64,000 nucleotides of DNA from Chloroflexota bacterium (GTDB lineage Bacteria; Bacillota; Sulfobacillia; JBFLWA01; JBLNDB01), in NCBI GenBank assembly GCA_050261235.1, contig JBLNDB010000038.1, positions 13,445 through 77,444 on the forward strand, written 5' to 3'. Each line of letters opens with the position of its first letter. Within the stretch, counting starts at the first letter, position 1. This document shows, in pieces, positions 30,666 to 41,221 of the stretch. The position numbers were made by a program, and so were the translations under genes. The notes under the pieces are model-generated. The model was not told where the DNA came from and ran no database searches. It saw nothing but the letters and a program-made list of their open reading frames with translations.

Positions 30666-30806
30666 ATGAACAAGACAACAGTGGCCAAAGGCATCAAGGG
30701 CGCCCAGGGCAAGAAGGCCATGACCGGCAACCGGCCGGGGTTCTTCGGCCAGCCCCAGGTGCCGTCGAAACGCGTCATCAACCCCCGCGGCATGCGGAAG
30801 AAGTAA
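30666..30806 (+). CDS. Small (46-aa) highly basic protein, unannotated in ORF track
   Basis: ATG 8 nt after a GAGGAGG RBS; product [46 protein letters not shown]; sits in the intergenic gap before uvrB. Confidence 0.5.
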   Translation: MNKTTVAKGIKGAQGKKAMTGNRPGFFGQPQVPSKRVINPRGMRKK

Positions 30807-30939
30807 GTCAGTTCGGCGAATAACGAGGACGATGCCCGCCGGCACACGCCGGCGGGCTAACTTTCCACTCCGTTGCAAACATATGTTCGTATGGGTTATA
30901 ATGAACCGTGACCCCGGCGCGGGTCAGTGGAGGCGTGAC

Positions 30940-33030
30940 ATGGAAGACAAGAAGTTCGTGCTCAAATCGGACTACGTCCCCCGCGGCGACCAGCCCGAGG
31001 CCATCGACCGGCTCGTCGATGGGCTGAAACGCGGTCTCAGGCATCAGACCCTGCTCGGCATCACCGGCTCAGGCAAGACCTTCACCATGGCGAACGTCAT
31101 CGAGCGGGTCCAGCGCCCGACGCTCGTCATCGCACACAACAAGACCCTGGCGGCGCAGCTCGCGGGCGAGTTCAAGGAGTTCTTCCCGGACAACGCGGTC
31201 GAGTACTTCGTCAGCTACTATGATTACTACCAGCCGGAGGCGTACATCGCCCAGACCGATACCTACATCGAAAAGGACGCGCTGGTCAACGACGAAATCG
31301 ACAAGCTCCGTCACGCGGCCACGACTGCCCTGTTCGAGCGGCGCGACGTGATCATCGTCGCCTCTGTCTCTTGCATCTACGGCCTTGGCGACCCGGAAGA
31401 GTACAGCACGCTCGTCGTCTCCCTCCGCACCGGGCAGGATTACGACCGCGACCAGATTCTGCGCAAACTGGTCGACATCCAGTACGACCGCAACGATGCG
31501 AACCTGATCCGCGGCACGTTCCGCGTCCGCGGCGACGTGCTCGAGGTCGTGCCGGCCTCGCATGACGCCGAGCAGGCGATCCGGATCGAGTTCTTCGGCG
31601 ACACGGTCGAGCGGATCACCGAGTTCGACCCGCTCACCGGCGAGGTCCTGTCGCAGATGTACCACGCCATGATCTACCCTGCGTCCCACTACGTCACTTC
31701 GGCGGACAAGCGCGAGCGGGCGCTCGTCACCATCGAAGAGGAACTGGAGGAGCGGCTGAAGTTCCTCCGCGAGCAGGGGAAGCTGCTTGAGGCGCAGCGC
31801 CTCGAGCAGCGGACGCGCTACGACCTCGAGATGATCCGTGAGGTCGGGACCTGCTCCGGCATCGAGAACTACTCGCGCCACCTGTCGCAGCGCAAGCCGG
31901 GCGAGCCGCCCTACACGCTGCTCGACTTCTTCCCCAAGGACTGGCTGCTGTTCATCGATGAATCGCACCAGACAATCCCTCAGATCGGCGCCATGTACAG
32001 CGGCGACCGGGCCCGCAAGGATTCGCTGGTCAGCTTCGGCTTCCGCCTGCCGTCGGCGTACGACAACCGGCCGCTGACCTTCGGCGAGTTCGAGCAGCGC
32101 GTCGGTCAGGCGATCTACGTGTCGGCGACGCCGGCCCGCTACGAGCGCGAGCACAGTCAGCAGCTGGTCGAGCAGATCATCCGCCCGACCGGCCTGATCG
32201 ACCCCGAGATCATCGTCCGTCCGGTCAAGGATCAGGTCGATGACCTGCTCGGCGAGGTCAGGGCGACGGTCGAGAAGGGTAACCGCGTCCTTGTCACGAC
32301 CCTGACGAAGAAGATGGCCGAGGACCTGACCGACTATCTCGTCGAGGCCGGCATCCGGGCCCGTTATCTCCACTCGGACATCGGCACCATCGAGCGGATG
32401 GCGATTGTCCGCGACCTGCGGCTTGGCGAGTTCGACGTTCTGGTCGGCATCAACCTGCTCCGCGAAGGTCTCGACATCCCCGAGGTGTCGCTGGTGGCAA
32501 TCCTCGATGCAGATAAGGAAGGCTTCCTCCGCTCCGAGACGTCGCTCATCCAGACGACCGGCCGTGCCGCCCGCAACATCGACGGCCGCGTCGTCATGTA
32601 CGCCGACAAGATCACCGATTCGATGCGGGCAGCGATCGACGAGACGAACCGGCGCCGCAAGCTGCAGATGGAGTACAACGAGCGGCACGGCATCACGCCG
32701 CAGTCCGTCCGCAAGGCGGTCCGCGACGTGATTGAGGCGACCAAGGCCGCCGAGCAATCGGCGCAGTACTTGTCCGCACAGAACTTGAGCGAACTGGGCA
32801 AGAAGGATAAGCTGGCGCTTGCCGAGCGCCTGCGCAAAGAGATGAACGAGGCGGCGAAGAACCTCGAGTTCGAGCGGGCAGCGTCGCTGCGCGACATGAT
32901 CTTCGAGCTCGAGACCGACGCTAGCGCCGGCAAGACGACGCTCTCCGGCAAGCCCTACACGCCGGCGCCGACGCCGCCGTCCGGCTCGAGCCGCCGCGCC
33001 AGGGCGCACGCCAGGAGGGAACGCAGATGA
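30940..33030 (+). CDS. uvrB: Excinuclease ABC subunit B
   Basis: [13 protein letters not shown], helicase motifs and the C-terminal UVR domain; 696 aa. Confidence 0.95.
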   Translation: MEDKKFVLKSDYVPRGDQPEAIDRLVDGLKRGLRHQTLLGITGSGKTFTMANVIERVQRPTLVIAHNKTLAAQLAGEFKEFFPDNAVEYFVSYYDYYQPEAYIAQTDTYIEKDALVNDEIDKLRHAATTALFERRDVIIVASVSCIYGLGDPEEYSTLVVSLRTGQDYDRDQILRKLVDIQYDRNDANLIRGTFRVRGDVLEVVPASHDAEQAIRIEFFGDTVERITEFDPLTGEVLSQMYHAMIYPASHYVTSADKRERALVTIEEELEERLKFLREQGKLLEAQRLEQRTRYDLEMIREVGTCSGIENYSRHLSQRKPGEPPYTLLDFFPKDWLLFIDESHQTIPQIGAMYSGDRARKDSLVSFGFRLPSAYDNRPLTFGEFEQRVGQAIYVSATPARYEREHSQQLVEQIIRPTGLIDPEIIVRPVKDQVDDLLGEVRATVEKGNRVLVTTLTKKMAEDLTDYLVEAGIRARYLHSDIGTIERMAIVRDLRLGEFDVLVGINLLREGLDIPEVSLVAILDADKEGFLRSETSLIQTTGRAARNIDGRVVMYADKITDSMRAAIDETNRRRKLQMEYNERHGITPQSVRKAVRDVIEATKAAEQSAQYLSAQNLSELGKKDKLALAERLRKEMNEAAKNLEFERAASLRDMIFELETDASAGKTTLSGKPYTPAPTPPSGSSRRARAHARRERR

Positions 33031-34295
33031 TCATCCGCGAGCCCGTCCACGGTGACATTGCCGTCAGCGACCAACTGCGGCTGCTCCTCGACACGCCGGA
33101 GATGCAGCGCCTGCGGGGCATCAAGCAGACCGGGACAGCGCACCTCGTCTATCCCGGATGCATCCACACCCGGTTCGAACATTCGCTCGGCACGCTGGCG
33201 ATGGCCAGCCGAATTCTCGACCAGCTCGCCGCCGGCGGCAACCGTGCCGCGGTCGAGCCGCACCGGACGGTCGTCCAGGCGGCAGCGCTGGTTCACGACA
33301 TCACCCACCTGCCATACGGACACACCTGCGAGGACGAGCGGTTCATCTTCGCCCGCCATGACCGGCCGGAGCGCTTCACGGCGGCCCTGGCCGCAGACAC
33401 CGGGATCGGCGATGCCCTCGCCCGGCTCGGCCTGCGTGAGGCGGTCCTGGCCACGCTCGCCGGCCAGCCGCAGTCAGTCGGGCTGCCGCCGTGGACGGCG
33501 CAGGTCGTCTCGGGGGCCGTCGACGCCGACCTGCTTGACTACCTGAAGCGTGACGCCTACCACTCCGGCATCCGCCAGACCTACGACGACCGCGTCCTGT
33601 CCTATTTCGCACTCGACGGCGGCGAACTGGTCCTGGCTCTCTGCCGGCACGGGCTGGACCGCTCCGATGCCCGTTCCGAGATCCTCCACCTGCTGCGCCT
33701 GCGCTACTTCCTCACCGAACGGCTGTATCTGCACCATACTAAGCTCGCCGCCGGCGCCATGGTGGCGCGGGCGGTCGAGTCGGCATGCGCGCGCGGCCTG
33801 ACCGAGGCGACGGTGGCGCACCATACCGATGAGGCGCTGCTGTCCCTTCTCGAGCAGGACGGGGGCGCTGACACCGCCTGGCTGATCGGCAACCTCAGGC
33901 GGCGCCGCCTTGTCAAGCGGGCGTACGCTGTGCGGCACGCCAGCGACGTGCCGGAGGCTCTGCTGAGTTGCGCCGACCCGGGCGCCCGGCGGGCCAACGA
34001 GCAGGCCCTTGCCGACAAGCTTGGTCTGCCGGCGCACCAGGTCATGCTGTACTGCCCCCGCCGCTCATCGTTCAAGGAGGCGGCCATGCCGGTCCTGACC
34101 GCCGCCGGCCGCATGCTTCTGGACGACCCGCAGTCGCCGGCGGCGGCCGAGATAACCACCCTCAAACAGCAGTACGAAGCGCTCTGGACGTTCTACGTCT
34201 TCGTGCCCGAAGAGCACCGGCGGCGCGCCGGCGCTGTCTGCGCGGACCATTTCGGCCGGGCGAACGATTACCGGCCGGCAGGGGGCGGTGAGTGA
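33027..34295 (+). CDS. HD-domain phosphohydrolase, dNTP triphosphohydrolase (dGTPase/SAMHD1)-like
   Basis: [10 protein letters not shown] … [11 protein letters not shown] … D…LDYLKRD motifs of the HD dNTPase family; ATGA overlap with the uvrB stop. Confidence 0.7.
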   Translation: MIIREPVHGDIAVSDQLRLLLDTPEMQRLRGIKQTGTAHLVYPGCIHTRFEHSLGTLAMASRILDQLAAGGNRAAVEPHRTVVQAAALVHDITHLPYGHTCEDERFIFARHDRPERFTAALAADTGIGDALARLGLREAVLATLAGQPQSVGLPPWTAQVVSGAVDADLLDYLKRDAYHSGIRQTYDDRVLSYFALDGGELVLALCRHGLDRSDARSEILHLLRLRYFLTERLYLHHTKLAAGAMVARAVESACARGLTEATVAHHTDEALLSLLEQDGGADTAWLIGNLRRRRLVKRAYAVRHASDVPEALLSCADPGARRANEQALADKLGLPAHQVMLYCPRRSSFKEAAMPVLTAAGRMLLDDPQSPAAAEITTLKQQYEALWTFYVFVPEEHRRRAGAVCADHFGRANDYRPAGGGE

Positions 34296-35143
34296 TGAGG
34301 CGTCTGACATCCTTGACGGTGGCGGTCGCTCTGCTGATTACCGTTGCGCTGATAACCGCCGGTTGCGGCGAGAAGCCCGTGACGCTCGGCATCGTCGCCG
34401 TTCCCGGAATCGACAACCTCGCCGAGGCCGTCGCGCCGATCGCGCAGGCGATGGCCGGGTCGCTGAAACGCGAAGTCATCCCCCGCGTCTACATGTCCTA
34501 CGGGCAGCTGATCGAGGGGCTCGGCAACGGCGAGTGCGACACGGCGGTCGTGTCGCCGTTCGCGTACGCTGTCGCCCACGATCGCTATGGCGCGAACGTC
34601 ATTCTGAGCGGGCTGCGCCGCGGCGAGAGCGAACTCCGGTACGAATTCCTGACACGGCCCGACACCGGCATCGTCGTCCCGATTCAGATGGCCGGCGCCA
34701 GAGTCGCGCTGGCGGCGGCGGAGGGGACGGCCGAACAGCAGTACCTGCTGACGTTCCTCGCCCGCTTCGGCGCGACCGCTCAGGTCACCAGCCATGCCGA
34801 CGACCAGGCGGCGCTGGCGGCGCTGCTCGGCCGGACTGCCGACATCGCCGCCGTGACCTTCGGGTTCCGCGATCGGTTGCGGGCGACGGTGCCTGACATC
34901 GACGCGCAGGTCCAGGTGGTCTGGATCTCCGAGCGCATTCCCTTCGAGGCGGTCGCCGTCGCCAAGGCGTCGCACGTCGCGCCGACCGAACTGGCCCGGG
35001 CCTGGACCGAGATCGCCGGCCAGACAGCGTTTAAGTCCGCATTGCGCACTCTCTATGGCATCGACGGCCTGCAAGCGGCGGTCGACGCCGACTACGGACC
35101 GGCCCGCGAGGCAGTAGCGGCGCTGGGAATCAAAATCCGTTGA
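34292..35143 (+). CDS. PhnD-like (phosphonate/phosphite-type) substrate-binding lipoprotein
   Basis: Lipobox LITAGC; periplasmic-binding fold resembling PhnD/SsuA; start overlaps the HD gene stop. Confidence 0.55.
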   Translation: MMRRLTSLTVAVALLITVALITAGCGEKPVTLGIVAVPGIDNLAEAVAPIAQAMAGSLKREVIPRVYMSYGQLIEGLGNGECDTAVVSPFAYAVAHDRYGANVILSGLRRGESELRYEFLTRPDTGIVVPIQMAGARVALAAAEGTAEQQYLLTFLARFGATAQVTSHADDQAALAALLGRTADIAAVTFGFRDRLRATVPDIDAQVQVVWISERIPFEAVAVAKASHVAPTELARAWTEIAGQTAFKSALRTLYGIDGLQAAVDADYGPAREAVAALGIKIR

Positions 35144-35200
35144 ACAGCGGCCGGGGACCCGATACCATGGGACCGAGCCTGCTGAGAAGGGGACATTGCG

Positions 35201-38146
35201 ATGACGACCGACCGCATCATCGTCCGGGGCGCCCGGCAGCACAACCTGAAGAACATCGACGTCGAGATCCCGCGCGACAAATTCGTGGTCATCACCGGTC
35301 TGTCCGGCTCGGGTAAGTCGTCGCTCGCCTTCGACACGATTTACGCCGAGGGGCAGCGGCGCTACGTCGAATCCCTGTCCGCCTACGCGCGGCAGTTCCT
35401 GGGCCAGATGGACAAGCCGGATATCGACTACATCGAAGGCCTGTCGCCGGCCATTTCGATCGACCAGAAGACGACCAGCCGCAACCCCCGTTCGACCGTC
35501 GGCACCGTGACCGAGGTCTACGATTATCTTCGCCTGCTCTACGCTCGCATCGGCCGGCCGCACTGCCCGAACTGCGGGCGCCCGATCGCTCAGCAGACCG
35601 TCGATCAGATGGTCGACCGCCTGCTCGCCCTCGGCGACGGCAAGCGCATCCAGATCCTCGCGCCGCTGGTCCGCGGGCGAAAGGGCGAACACGAGAAAGT
35701 GCTCGACGACATCCGCAAGGCTGGCTACGTCCGCGTGCGGGTCGACGGCACGGTCCGCGAGACGAACGAGGAGATCAGCCTCGAGAAGAACAAGAAGCAC
35801 AGCATCGAGGCCGTCATCGACCGCCTCGTCATCCGGCCCGACCTTGGCAAGCGGCTCGCCGACTCCCTTGAGGCGGCCACGAACCTCTCGGGCGGCCTGA
35901 TCGTCGTCGATGTCATCGGCGAAGAGGAGATCCTCTTCAGCCAGAAGCTGGCCTGCCCGGAGTGCGGCATCAGCGTCGAGGAACTGGCGCCGCGCATGTT
36001 CTCGTTCAACTCCCCGTTCGGCGCCTGCCCCGCATGCACCGGCCTCGGCGCGACGCTGGAGCTCGACCCGGACCTGGTCATCCCCGACCGCCGCAAGTCC
36101 CTCTCCGACGGCGCCGTGGCGCCCTGGGCGCGCTCCTGGCCGGGCGGCTACTACAACCAACTCCTGGCTGCGGTCGCCGAACACTACGGTTTCTCGGTCG
36201 ACACGCCGCTCGACGAACTCGACGACATCTTCGTCGAGAAGATCCTCCACGGCACCGGCGAAGAGAAAATCCACTTCCGGTTCGAGAACGAGTATGGACG
36301 GGTGCGCGCGTGGGATTCGCCCTATTCCGGCGTCCTGCGCATCCTGGCCCGCAACCACCGCGAGACGACCAGCGAGTCGATCCGCGAGGAAATCGAAGAG
36401 TTCATGTCCAGCAAGCCCTGCCCGGCCTGTCACGGGCAGCGCCTGAAGCCGGAGAGTCTGGCCGTCAAGATCGGCGGCCTGTCGATCTCTGAGCTGACGC
36501 ACATGTCGGTCGTCGATGCCCGCGCCTTCCTGAGCGGGCTCGAGCTGACCGAGAAGGAGCAGATCGTGGCGCGGCAGATCCTCAAAGAGATCAGCGAGCG
36601 CCTCGGTTTCCTGATCAACGTCGGCCTCGACTACCTGACGCTCGACCGCGCCGCCGGCACGCTCGCCGGCGGTGAGGCGCAGCGCATCCGGCTGGCGACC
36701 CAGATCGGTTCGAGCCTCGTCGGCGTCCTCTACATCCTCGACGAGCCGTCAATCGGCCTCCACCAGCGCGACAACGAACGCCTGCTGGCGACCCTGAAGC
36801 GGCTGCGCGACCTCGGCAACACGCTGCTGGTGGTCGAGCATGACGAGGACACGATGTACGCGGCCGACCACATCATCGATATGGGCCCCGGCGCCGGCGT
36901 CCACGGTGGCCGCGTCGTCGTCGCCGGCACGCTGGACGACATCAAGGCCTGCGAGGAGTCGATCACCGGCCAGTATCTGTCAGGCAAGCGCGCGATCCTT
37001 GTCCCGGAGATGCGGCGCAAGCCGAACGGCAAGTGGATCACGGTCCGCGGCGCGCGGGCGAACAACCTGAAGAACATCGACGTCAGCTTCCCGATGGGCG
37101 TCTTCACTTGCGTCACCGGCGTCAGCGGCTCCGGCAAGAGCACGCTGGTCAACGAAATCCTCCAGAAGCGCCTCGCCGCCGAACTCAACGGCGCCCACGC
37201 CAAGGCCGCCGAGCACGATGCGATCGAGGGGCTGGAGCACCTCGACAAGGTGATCAACATCGACCAGTCGCCGATCGGACGCACGCCGCGCAGCAACCCC
37301 GCGACCTACACCGGTCTGTTCGATCTGATCCGCGAAGTCTTCGCCGCCACCCCGGAAGCGAAGATGCGCGGCTACAAGTCAGGCCGCTTCAGTTTCAATG
37401 TCCGCGGCGGTCGCTGCGAGGCCTGTCGCGGCGATGGCATCATCAAGATCGAAATGCACTTCTTGCCCGACGTCTACGTCCCGTGCGAGGTCTGCAAAGG
37501 CCAGCGCTACAACCGCGAGACGCTCGAGGTCCGCTACAAGGGCAAGAACATCGCCGACGTGCTCGACATGAACGTCGACGAGGCGCTCGAGTTCTTCAAA
37601 AACCTGCCGCGCCTCAAGCGCAAGCTGCAGACACTGCATGACGTCGGCCTCGGCTACATCAAGCTCGGGCAGCCGGCCACGACGCTCTCCGGCGGCGAGG
37701 CGCAGCGCGTCAAGCTGGCGACTGAGTTGTCGCGGCGCAGCAACGGCCGCACGCTCTACATCCTTGACGAGCCGACGACCGGCCTCCACATCGCCGACAT
37801 CCACCGCCTGCTCGAGGTCCTCGCCCGCCTGGTCGACGCCGGCGACACGGTGCTGGTCATCGAGCACAACCTCGATGTCATCAAGACGGCAGACTACATC
37901 GTCGACCTCGGTCCCGAGGGCGGCGAGCGCGGCGGCACGGTGGTCGCCGCGGGCACGCCGGAGCAGGTCGCGGCCTGCGAGGCGTCGCACACTGGTCGTT
38001 TCTTGCGGCGCATCCTGTCGCCGGCGGCGATCGAGATCGCGGCCAGCGCGGCGAGCCAGCCTGCCGAGAGCGAGCCGGCGACCGCGCCCGCAGCGGCAGA
38101 AGCGCCGCGGCGCCGCCGCGGACGCCCGCGCAAAGACGGCAAATAG
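35201..38146 (+). CDS. uvrA: Excinuclease ABC subunit A
   Basis: Two ABC ATPase modules ([20 protein letters not shown]) and zinc-finger insertions; 981 aa. Confidence 0.95.
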   Translation: MTTDRIIVRGARQHNLKNIDVEIPRDKFVVITGLSGSGKSSLAFDTIYAEGQRRYVESLSAYARQFLGQMDKPDIDYIEGLSPAISIDQKTTSRNPRSTVGTVTEVYDYLRLLYARIGRPHCPNCGRPIAQQTVDQMVDRLLALGDGKRIQILAPLVRGRKGEHEKVLDDIRKAGYVRVRVDGTVRETNEEISLEKNKKHSIEAVIDRLVIRPDLGKRLADSLEAATNLSGGLIVVDVIGEEEILFSQKLACPECGISVEELAPRMFSFNSPFGACPACTGLGATLELDPDLVIPDRRKSLSDGAVAPWARSWPGGYYNQLLAAVAEHYGFSVDTPLDELDDIFVEKILHGTGEEKIHFRFENEYGRVRAWDSPYSGVLRILARNHRETTSESIREEIEEFMSSKPCPACHGQRLKPESLAVKIGGLSISELTHMSVVDARAFLSGLELTEKEQIVARQILKEISERLGFLINVGLDYLTLDRAAGTLAGGEAQRIRLATQIGSSLVGVLYILDEPSIGLHQRDNERLLATLKRLRDLGNTLLVVEHDEDTMYAADHIIDMGPGAGVHGGRVVVAGTLDDIKACEESITGQYLSGKRAILVPEMRRKPNGKWITVRGARANNLKNIDVSFPMGVFTCVTGVSGSGKSTLVNEILQKRLAAELNGAHAKAAEHDAIEGLEHLDKVINIDQSPIGRTPRSNPATYTGLFDLIREVFAATPEAKMRGYKSGRFSFNVRGGRCEACRGDGIIKIEMHFLPDVYVPCEVCKGQRYNRETLEVRYKGKNIADVLDMNVDEALEFFKNLPRLKRKLQTLHDVGLGYIKLGQPATTLSGGEAQRVKLATELSRRSNGRTLYILDEPTTGLHIADIHRLLEVLARLVDAGDTVLVIEHNLDVIKTADYIVDLGPEGGERGGTVVAAGTPEQVAACEASHTGRFLRRILSPAAIEIAASAASQPAESEPATAPAAAEAPRRRRGRPRKDGK

Positions 38147-38156
38147 CACATCAGAG

Positions 38157-38185
38157 GGGGCCGGATGCAGATCCGGCCCCTTCGG
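38157..38185 (+). terminator. Hairpin after uvrA
   Basis: ggggccggat-gcag-atccggcccc perfect 10-bp stem; weak U-tract. Confidence 0.5.
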
Positions 38186-38197
38186 CTCGCACGAGGC

Positions 38198-38365
38198 GCG
38201 CCGGTGGGTGCCGTGTCTGGCGGGCGGTGTGTCACGGCCGGACGGAATCGCGTGATGATCCGGTTGCCGCGCGCGCCGGTGGGTGCCGTGTTGGACGGGC
38301 GGTGTGTCACGGCCGGACGGAATCGCGCAATGGTCCGGTTGCCGCGCGCGTCGGTGGGTGCCGAT
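38198..38365. repeat. 75-bp direct tandem repeat, 2.25 copies (~93% identical)
   Basis: Unit CCGGTGGGTGCCGTGTCTGGCGGGCGGTGTGTCACGGCCGGACGGAATCGCGTGATGATCCGGTTGCCGCGCGCG at 38198-38272 and 38273-38347, partial third copy 38348-38365. Also visible as repeated peptides in overlapping ORFs of both strands. Confidence 0.85.
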
Positions 38366-38588
38366 GCCTTAGGGTGGCACGGAATTGGATCGTCTGCCCC
38401 ACCTCCTTGAAGAATCGCGCTGCTGACGTCGCGCGATGAATGAAGCGGGGCAGAGGATCCCATGGAGTGTCACCCTATGGCATCGGCATCTACCCGAGTC
38501 GCGCCCTCTTGCTTTGGAAACGTTTACACTGCTAGACTCGTATTGTAATCGGGACGAACTATGTCCAGGTGGAGGAGGTGACCAGTTC

Positions 38589-39191
38589 GTGGATAGCGAC
38601 GAAGTCCTCGCCGGGCGCTGCCAGCGCGGCGACATGACATCATTCACCGAGCTGGTCAACCGCTACAAGGACAGAGTGTTCAACCTGGCGCTGCGCATGC
38701 TCCACAACCGCCACGATGCCGAAGACCTGGCACAGGAGACGTTCCTCAACGTCTACCGCGCCATAGCCAGCTTTCACACTGATGAACGGTTCTCGACCTG
38801 GATCTACAAGATCGCGTCCAACCTCTGCATCGACCGCTTGCGCAAGCGCCGCTACAACTCGCTGTCTCTCGACGCGCCGGTCCAGGAGGGAGAAGAGCTG
38901 TACCGCCAGATTCCCGACTGGTCGCATGCGCCGGAGCCCATCTACGAGCAGAGCGAGTTGCGCGAGGACGTGCAGGCGGCCATCGATCAACTCCCGGCCA
39001 AGTACCGGATGATCATCCTGCTCAGGCACATGCAGGACATGGCCTATGAGGAAATCGCCGTCATCATGGATCTGCCCATCGGTACCGTCAAGACGCGGCT
39101 GTTTCGGGCACGCGAAATCCTCCGCCGGCACCTCGAGCGGATCGGTCAGGAGAACAATCGCAGCCATACGAGAAAGGGTGAAGGAATGTGA
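38589..39191 (+). CDS. ECF (group 4) sigma-70 factor
   Basis: Region 2 (…DAEDLAQETFLNVYRAIASF…) and region 4 (…DMAYEEIAVIMDLPIGTVKTRLFRAR); GTG start 10 nt after GGAGGAGG. Confidence 0.85.
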   Translation: MDSDEVLAGRCQRGDMTSFTELVNRYKDRVFNLALRMLHNRHDAEDLAQETFLNVYRAIASFHTDERFSTWIYKIASNLCIDRLRKRRYNSLSLDAPVQEGEELYRQIPDWSHAPEPIYEQSELREDVQAAIDQLPAKYRMIILLRHMQDMAYEEIAVIMDLPIGTVKTRLFRAREILRRHLERIGQENNRSHTRKGEGM

Positions 39192-39481
39192 AGTGCCAGC
39201 AGGTCTACAGGCTGATGCAGGCCTACCTAGACGTCGAGGTCACTCCCGACGAGGAACGGCAGGTCGAGGCGCACATCCGCGCCTGTCCGCGGTGCCGCCG
39301 TCGCCTCGTCCATCTCGCTCAGGCGGCCAACCAGCTTGCGGATGGCACCCGGGCCTCGGTCAGCAAGGACTTCACTCATCGCCTGATTTCGCGGCTTGAG
39401 GCGGGCGAACTGGGCGCCGTTGACGATATTCCCGAGCTCGCCAAATCACGGCCACGGCCGACTGACACCAAACTGCGCTGA
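39188..39481 (+). CDS. Soluble zinc-binding (ZAS, RsrA-like) anti-sigma factor
   Basis: 97 aa, no TM segment, HxxxCxxC (HIRACPRC); GTG start overlaps the sigma stop (GTGA). Confidence 0.7.
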   Translation: MKCQQVYRLMQAYLDVEVTPDEERQVEAHIRACPRCRRRLVHLAQAANQLADGTRASVSKDFTHRLISRLEAGELGAVDDIPELAKSRPRPTDTKLR

Positions 39482-39564
39482 CCGGGTCCGGCGGCGCAGA
39501 TTTTCATCGATTGCATCAGACCGCCCCGGGTCAGAAACGTATTTACTCTTGGTTGAAGGGAGGG

Positions 39565-40188
39565 ATGGTGGTGGCAGTTGACGCCGAGGCGCTGGCAATC
39601 CAGCGCTGCCAGGCCGGCGACAGCGATGCGTTCGCGACGCTGGTCCAAAGCTATCAGCGGCAAGTCTACGGGTTGGCCTTCCGACTGACCAGCGACCGCG
39701 ATGAAGCCGAGGACATCGCCCAGGAAGCATTCCTTCGCTCATACCGGTCGCTGGCGTCGTTTCAGCCCGGACAACCGTTCGGACCTTGGCTCTACCGCAT
39801 CGCCACCAACATCGCTCTCGATCGACTGCGCAAACGCAAGCGTGAGGCGATTCTCCCGGGTGACGAGAACGCCCCCGAGATCGCTGACAGCGAGCCGGGG
39901 CCGGAGGACGAGACGGTCGGACGTGACACCCGCGGGCGTCTGGCCGCAGCCGTAGCCGGCCTCCCACCGGAGTACAAAGTGCCGGTGGTGCTGTTCCACC
40001 TGCAGGGGTTGCCGCTTGAGCAGATCACTCGAGTGACCGGCCTGCCGCTGACAGTGGTCAAGAACCGGCTCTACCGCGCCCGGAAGATGCTGCGCGAAGC
40101 ACTGCGCGATCAGGAATCGCAACCCGACGAGAGGAGGTGCAGCAATGAACGGATGCCCGTCAGAAAGCCAGTGGGAAGCCTTCGTTGA
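39565..40188 (+). CDS. Second ECF sigma-70 factor
   Basis: Regions 2 and 4 (…EDIAQEAFLRSYRSLASF…, …LEQITRVTGLPLTVVKNRLYRAR); ATG after GAAGGGAGGG. Confidence 0.85.
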   Translation: MVVAVDAEALAIQRCQAGDSDAFATLVQSYQRQVYGLAFRLTSDRDEAEDIAQEAFLRSYRSLASFQPGQPFGPWLYRIATNIALDRLRKRKREAILPGDENAPEIADSEPGPEDETVGRDTRGRLAAAVAGLPPEYKVPVVLFHLQGLPLEQITRVTGLPLTVVKNRLYRARKMLREALRDQESQPDERRCSNERMPVRKPVGSLR

Positions 40189-40714
40189 TGGCGACCTGGC
40201 TCCCGAACGGAGCCGCGAGTTTGCTGCCCACCTCGACAACTGCCCGCGCTGTCGTGCGCTCGTCGACGCGATGGTCGCTCTCAGCGCCGAGCTTGGCGCA
40301 CTGAGCGAGCCGCCGCTGCCGGAAGGGTTCGAGACCGCCGTCATGCAGGCCGTCCGGCGCGAACCGATTCCGTCGCCGGCCGCTGCGCGGCGGACGACGA
40401 TCGTCGCTTCGCTGTTCGCCATCGGCGTCATCGCAGAAGCCGCGGCCATCGTCCTCATGGGCTACGGCGTGACGCTCGCCGACATCGCTACAGTATTGGC
40501 GTTGCGCTTCCCGGGGTTGTTCGCGGCCCTGGCGGCGGCAGCGGACTGGAGTCGCGCCATCAGTGACGCACTGGCCAGTCCGCGGGGCTGGGTCATCGTC
40601 GCCCGCGTCGTCGGGCAGACGCCCTGGCTCTGGTCGGCCTTCGTCACCATCGGGCTCGGTGTCATCCTTCTGGTCCGCAGACTGCAAATCGTCAAAGGAG
40701 TTGAACCCAAGTGA
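40145..40714 (+). CDS. Membrane-bound zinc-finger anti-sigma factor
   Basis: N-terminal HLDNCPRC (HxxxCxxC), then several TM helices; overlaps the preceding sigma gene by 44 nt. Confidence 0.7.
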   Translation: MNGCPSESQWEAFVDGDLAPERSREFAAHLDNCPRCRALVDAMVALSAELGALSEPPLPEGFETAVMQAVRREPIPSPAAARRTTIVASLFAIGVIAEAAAIVLMGYGVTLADIATVLALRFPGLFAALAAAADWSRAISDALASPRGWVIVARVVGQTPWLWSAFVTIGLGVILLVRRLQIVKGVEPK

Positions 40715-41214
40715 GACGTCTCTGCCGTTCCCGTCGCGACCGCGTCATCCTCGGCGTCGCCGGCGGCCTTGCGGAGTACTTCGATATCGATGTCGCGATT
40801 GTCCGCCTGATCTGGGTCCTGCTGACCTTCACGGCCGGCCCGGGCACCCTGCTGGTCTATCTGATCGCCGGTCTGGTCATCCCCGAACAGCCGCGGTTGC
40901 CGCGGGTGGACACCGTCGACCTCCCGGCCGGCTCGCCGTCGACCAGCGACATCGACCGTGAACTCGAGGAACTGGCCCGCGCCAGCGGGTCCACCACGCA
41001 CAGCAGCGTGCCCGTCGCCACTCACGAACCGCTCCGCCGCGATCCGCGCAGCAACATGATCCTCGGGCTGATCCTGGCGGGCTTCGGCGCCCTGCTGCTC
41101 GCTCACAACCTGGTCAACTGGTTCAGTATCCAGCGCTTCTGGCCCCTGATCATCGTCGTCGCCGGTGGACTGCTGATCTGGCGCAGTCTCGAGCACGATG
41201 GAAACGCGAGGTAA
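40711..41214 (+). CDS. PspC-domain membrane protein
   Basis: ILGVAGGLAEYFDIDVAIVRLIWVLL… PspC domain, then a second TM at the C-terminus; GTG overlapping the previous stop. Confidence 0.75.
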   Translation: MRRLCRSRRDRVILGVAGGLAEYFDIDVAIVRLIWVLLTFTAGPGTLLVYLIAGLVIPEQPRLPRVDTVDLPAGSPSTSDIDRELEELARASGSTTHSSVPVATHEPLRRDPRSNMILGLILAGFGALLLAHNLVNWFSIQRFWPLIIVVAGGLLIWRSLEHDGNAR

Positions 41215-41221
41215 GCTACCT

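Noticed and set aside
31069-33009. 646-aa minus-strand ORF antisense to uvrB; likewise 34268-36502 (744 aa) antisense to the HD/PhnD-like/uvrA region, and 54245-56374 (709 aa) antisense to groEL
   Set aside because: Classic long antisense ORFs opposite highly conserved genes in GC-rich DNA.
38198-38365. Possible CRISPR array
   Set aside because: The repeats are 75 bp, directly abutting with no intervening unique spacers, and only 2.25 copies. They do not fit CRISPR repeat-spacer architecture. No cas genes are in the window.
37894-38463. ORFs on both strands across the 75-bp tandem repeat (for example 189 aa minus, 81 aa plus)
   Set aside because: Their repeated peptide segments simply mirror the DNA tandem repeat. 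They overlap the uvrA 3' end and terminator and have no RBS.
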